This document shows, in pieces, positions 5,162-5,390 of a stretch of DNA of 5,390 nt. How positions within the stretch are numbered: position 1 is the first letter of the stretch; every line of letters begins with the position of its first letter. The notes under the pieces are model-generated. The model saw only the letters and a list, made by a program, of their open reading frames with translations, ran no database searches and had not been told where the DNA came from. The position numbers and the translations under genes were made by a program. This DNA is from Candidatus Tremblayella phenacoccinincola. GTDB lineage: Bacteria > Pseudomonadota > Gammaproteobacteria > Burkholderiales > Burkholderiaceae. Location: the NCBI RefSeq assembly GCF_002682985.1, contig NZ_MKGN01000011.1, positions 1-5,390 on the forward strand, given 5' to 3'.

Positions 5162-5165
5162 GCTA
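5152..5165. repeat. 14-bp perfect palindrome TAGCTATATAGCTA
   Basis: The sequence is self-complementary as read. It consists of two TAGCTA hexamers sharing a central TA and overlaps copy B of the inverted repeat. Confidence 0.7.
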
Positions 5166-5229
5166 GAAGGAGGAGGGTAGTAGTAGTTATTAGGCATATC
5201 TATATTACTCCCTTCTCTAACATATTTAG

Positions 5230-5390
5230 ATGAAGCTACTGATGCTTCTATTAAGAACATCTTCTTCAGGCTCTCAACCCATAGACCACAACCCAAGAGA
5301 CATCCAAACCCAAGGAGAGCTGGAACCCATGCTAACTATAGAATACTTCCTCTTTGTAGTGGTTCTAAACAGTCTTTGTGTTAACGCTGT
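5230..5390 (+). other. Unresolved plus-strand open frame running off the right edge; competes with the minus-strand frame
   Basis: ATG at 5230 gives MKLLMLLLRTSSSGSQPIDHNPRDIQTQGELEPMLTIEYFLFVVVLNSLCVNA.. with no stop before the window ends. There is no Shine-Dalgarno sequence. The composition is atypical, with few Lys, Asn or Ile. dapE would be expected here only from the Bordetella-type dapC-dapD-dapE order, and similarity to DapE N-termini is too weak to claim. Confidence 0.15.

Larger units (their letters stand above)
5141..5335 (-). other. Unresolved minus-strand open frame (stop-to-stop 64 codons; first ATG at 5260 gives 39 aa); possibly a small membrane protein or the tail of a disrupted gene
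   Basis: Translation gives LAWVPALLGFGCLLGCGLWVESLKKMFLIEASVASSKYVREGSNIDMPNNYYYPPPSSYIANYQ*. There is one hydrophobic helix-length segment, and third codon positions are T/A-rich like the confirmed genes. No start codon sits at its 5' end, and I recognise no homologue. Confidence 0.2.

Noticed and set aside
5167-5173. AAGGAGG as the ribosome-binding site of an unannotated gene
   Set aside because: No ATG, GTG or TTG lies within about 15 nt downstream. On the opposite strand the purine tract encodes the YYYPPPSS stretch of the minus-strand frame.
1-5390. Alternative genetic code (UGA read as Trp), suggested by the absence of TGA stops and the reduced-genome appearance
   Set aside because: All seven complete genes are full length and colinear with homologues under the standard code, with no in-frame TGA. 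An apparently intact RF2 with its SPF motif is encoded here, whereas UGA-reassigned lineages typically lose prfB.
1-5390. CRISPR arrays, insertion sequences, integrases, toxin-antitoxin or defence genes
   Set aside because: I found no spaced direct-repeat arrays, no terminal inverted repeats flanking an ORF, and no unassigned ORF of adequate size. Every long ORF is either a housekeeping gene or its antisense shadow.

Overview
This AT-rich, tightly packed window contains only housekeeping genes and looks like part of a reduced bacterial, probably endosymbiont-type, genome. I did not compute GC content. Left to right: the 5' three-quarters of prfB (RF2, minus strand, runs off the left edge), a minus-strand tRNA cluster Thr(UGU)-Gly(UCC)-Thr(GGU), a divergent plus-strand tRNA-Lys(CUU), rpmB, rpmG (GTG start, overlaps rpmB, absent from the ORF track), a CspA-family cold-shock gene, convergent dapA (minus), an ISC-type 2Fe-2S ferredoxin fdx and rpsB (both minus), divergent dapD (plus), and about 265 nt of unresolved sequence at the right edge. 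I see no CRISPR array, transposase, integrase, toxin or defence-type gene, so I cannot support a novel multi-gene system. The features worth following up are small. A 20/21-nt inverted copy of the tRNA-Thr 3' end plus trailer lies just downstream of dapD and brackets about 4.1 kb. A palindromic TAGCTA / AGTTAGCTA motif is concentrated at gene boundaries. prfB lacks the programmed +1 frameshift. Ribosomal protein S2 has lost most of its coiled-coil hairpin. fdx occupies the position where tsf normally sits. The dapD/rpsB junction looks like a collapsed dapD-glnD-map-rpsB neighbourhood. All product calls come from hand translation and remembered homologue sequences, with no database search.
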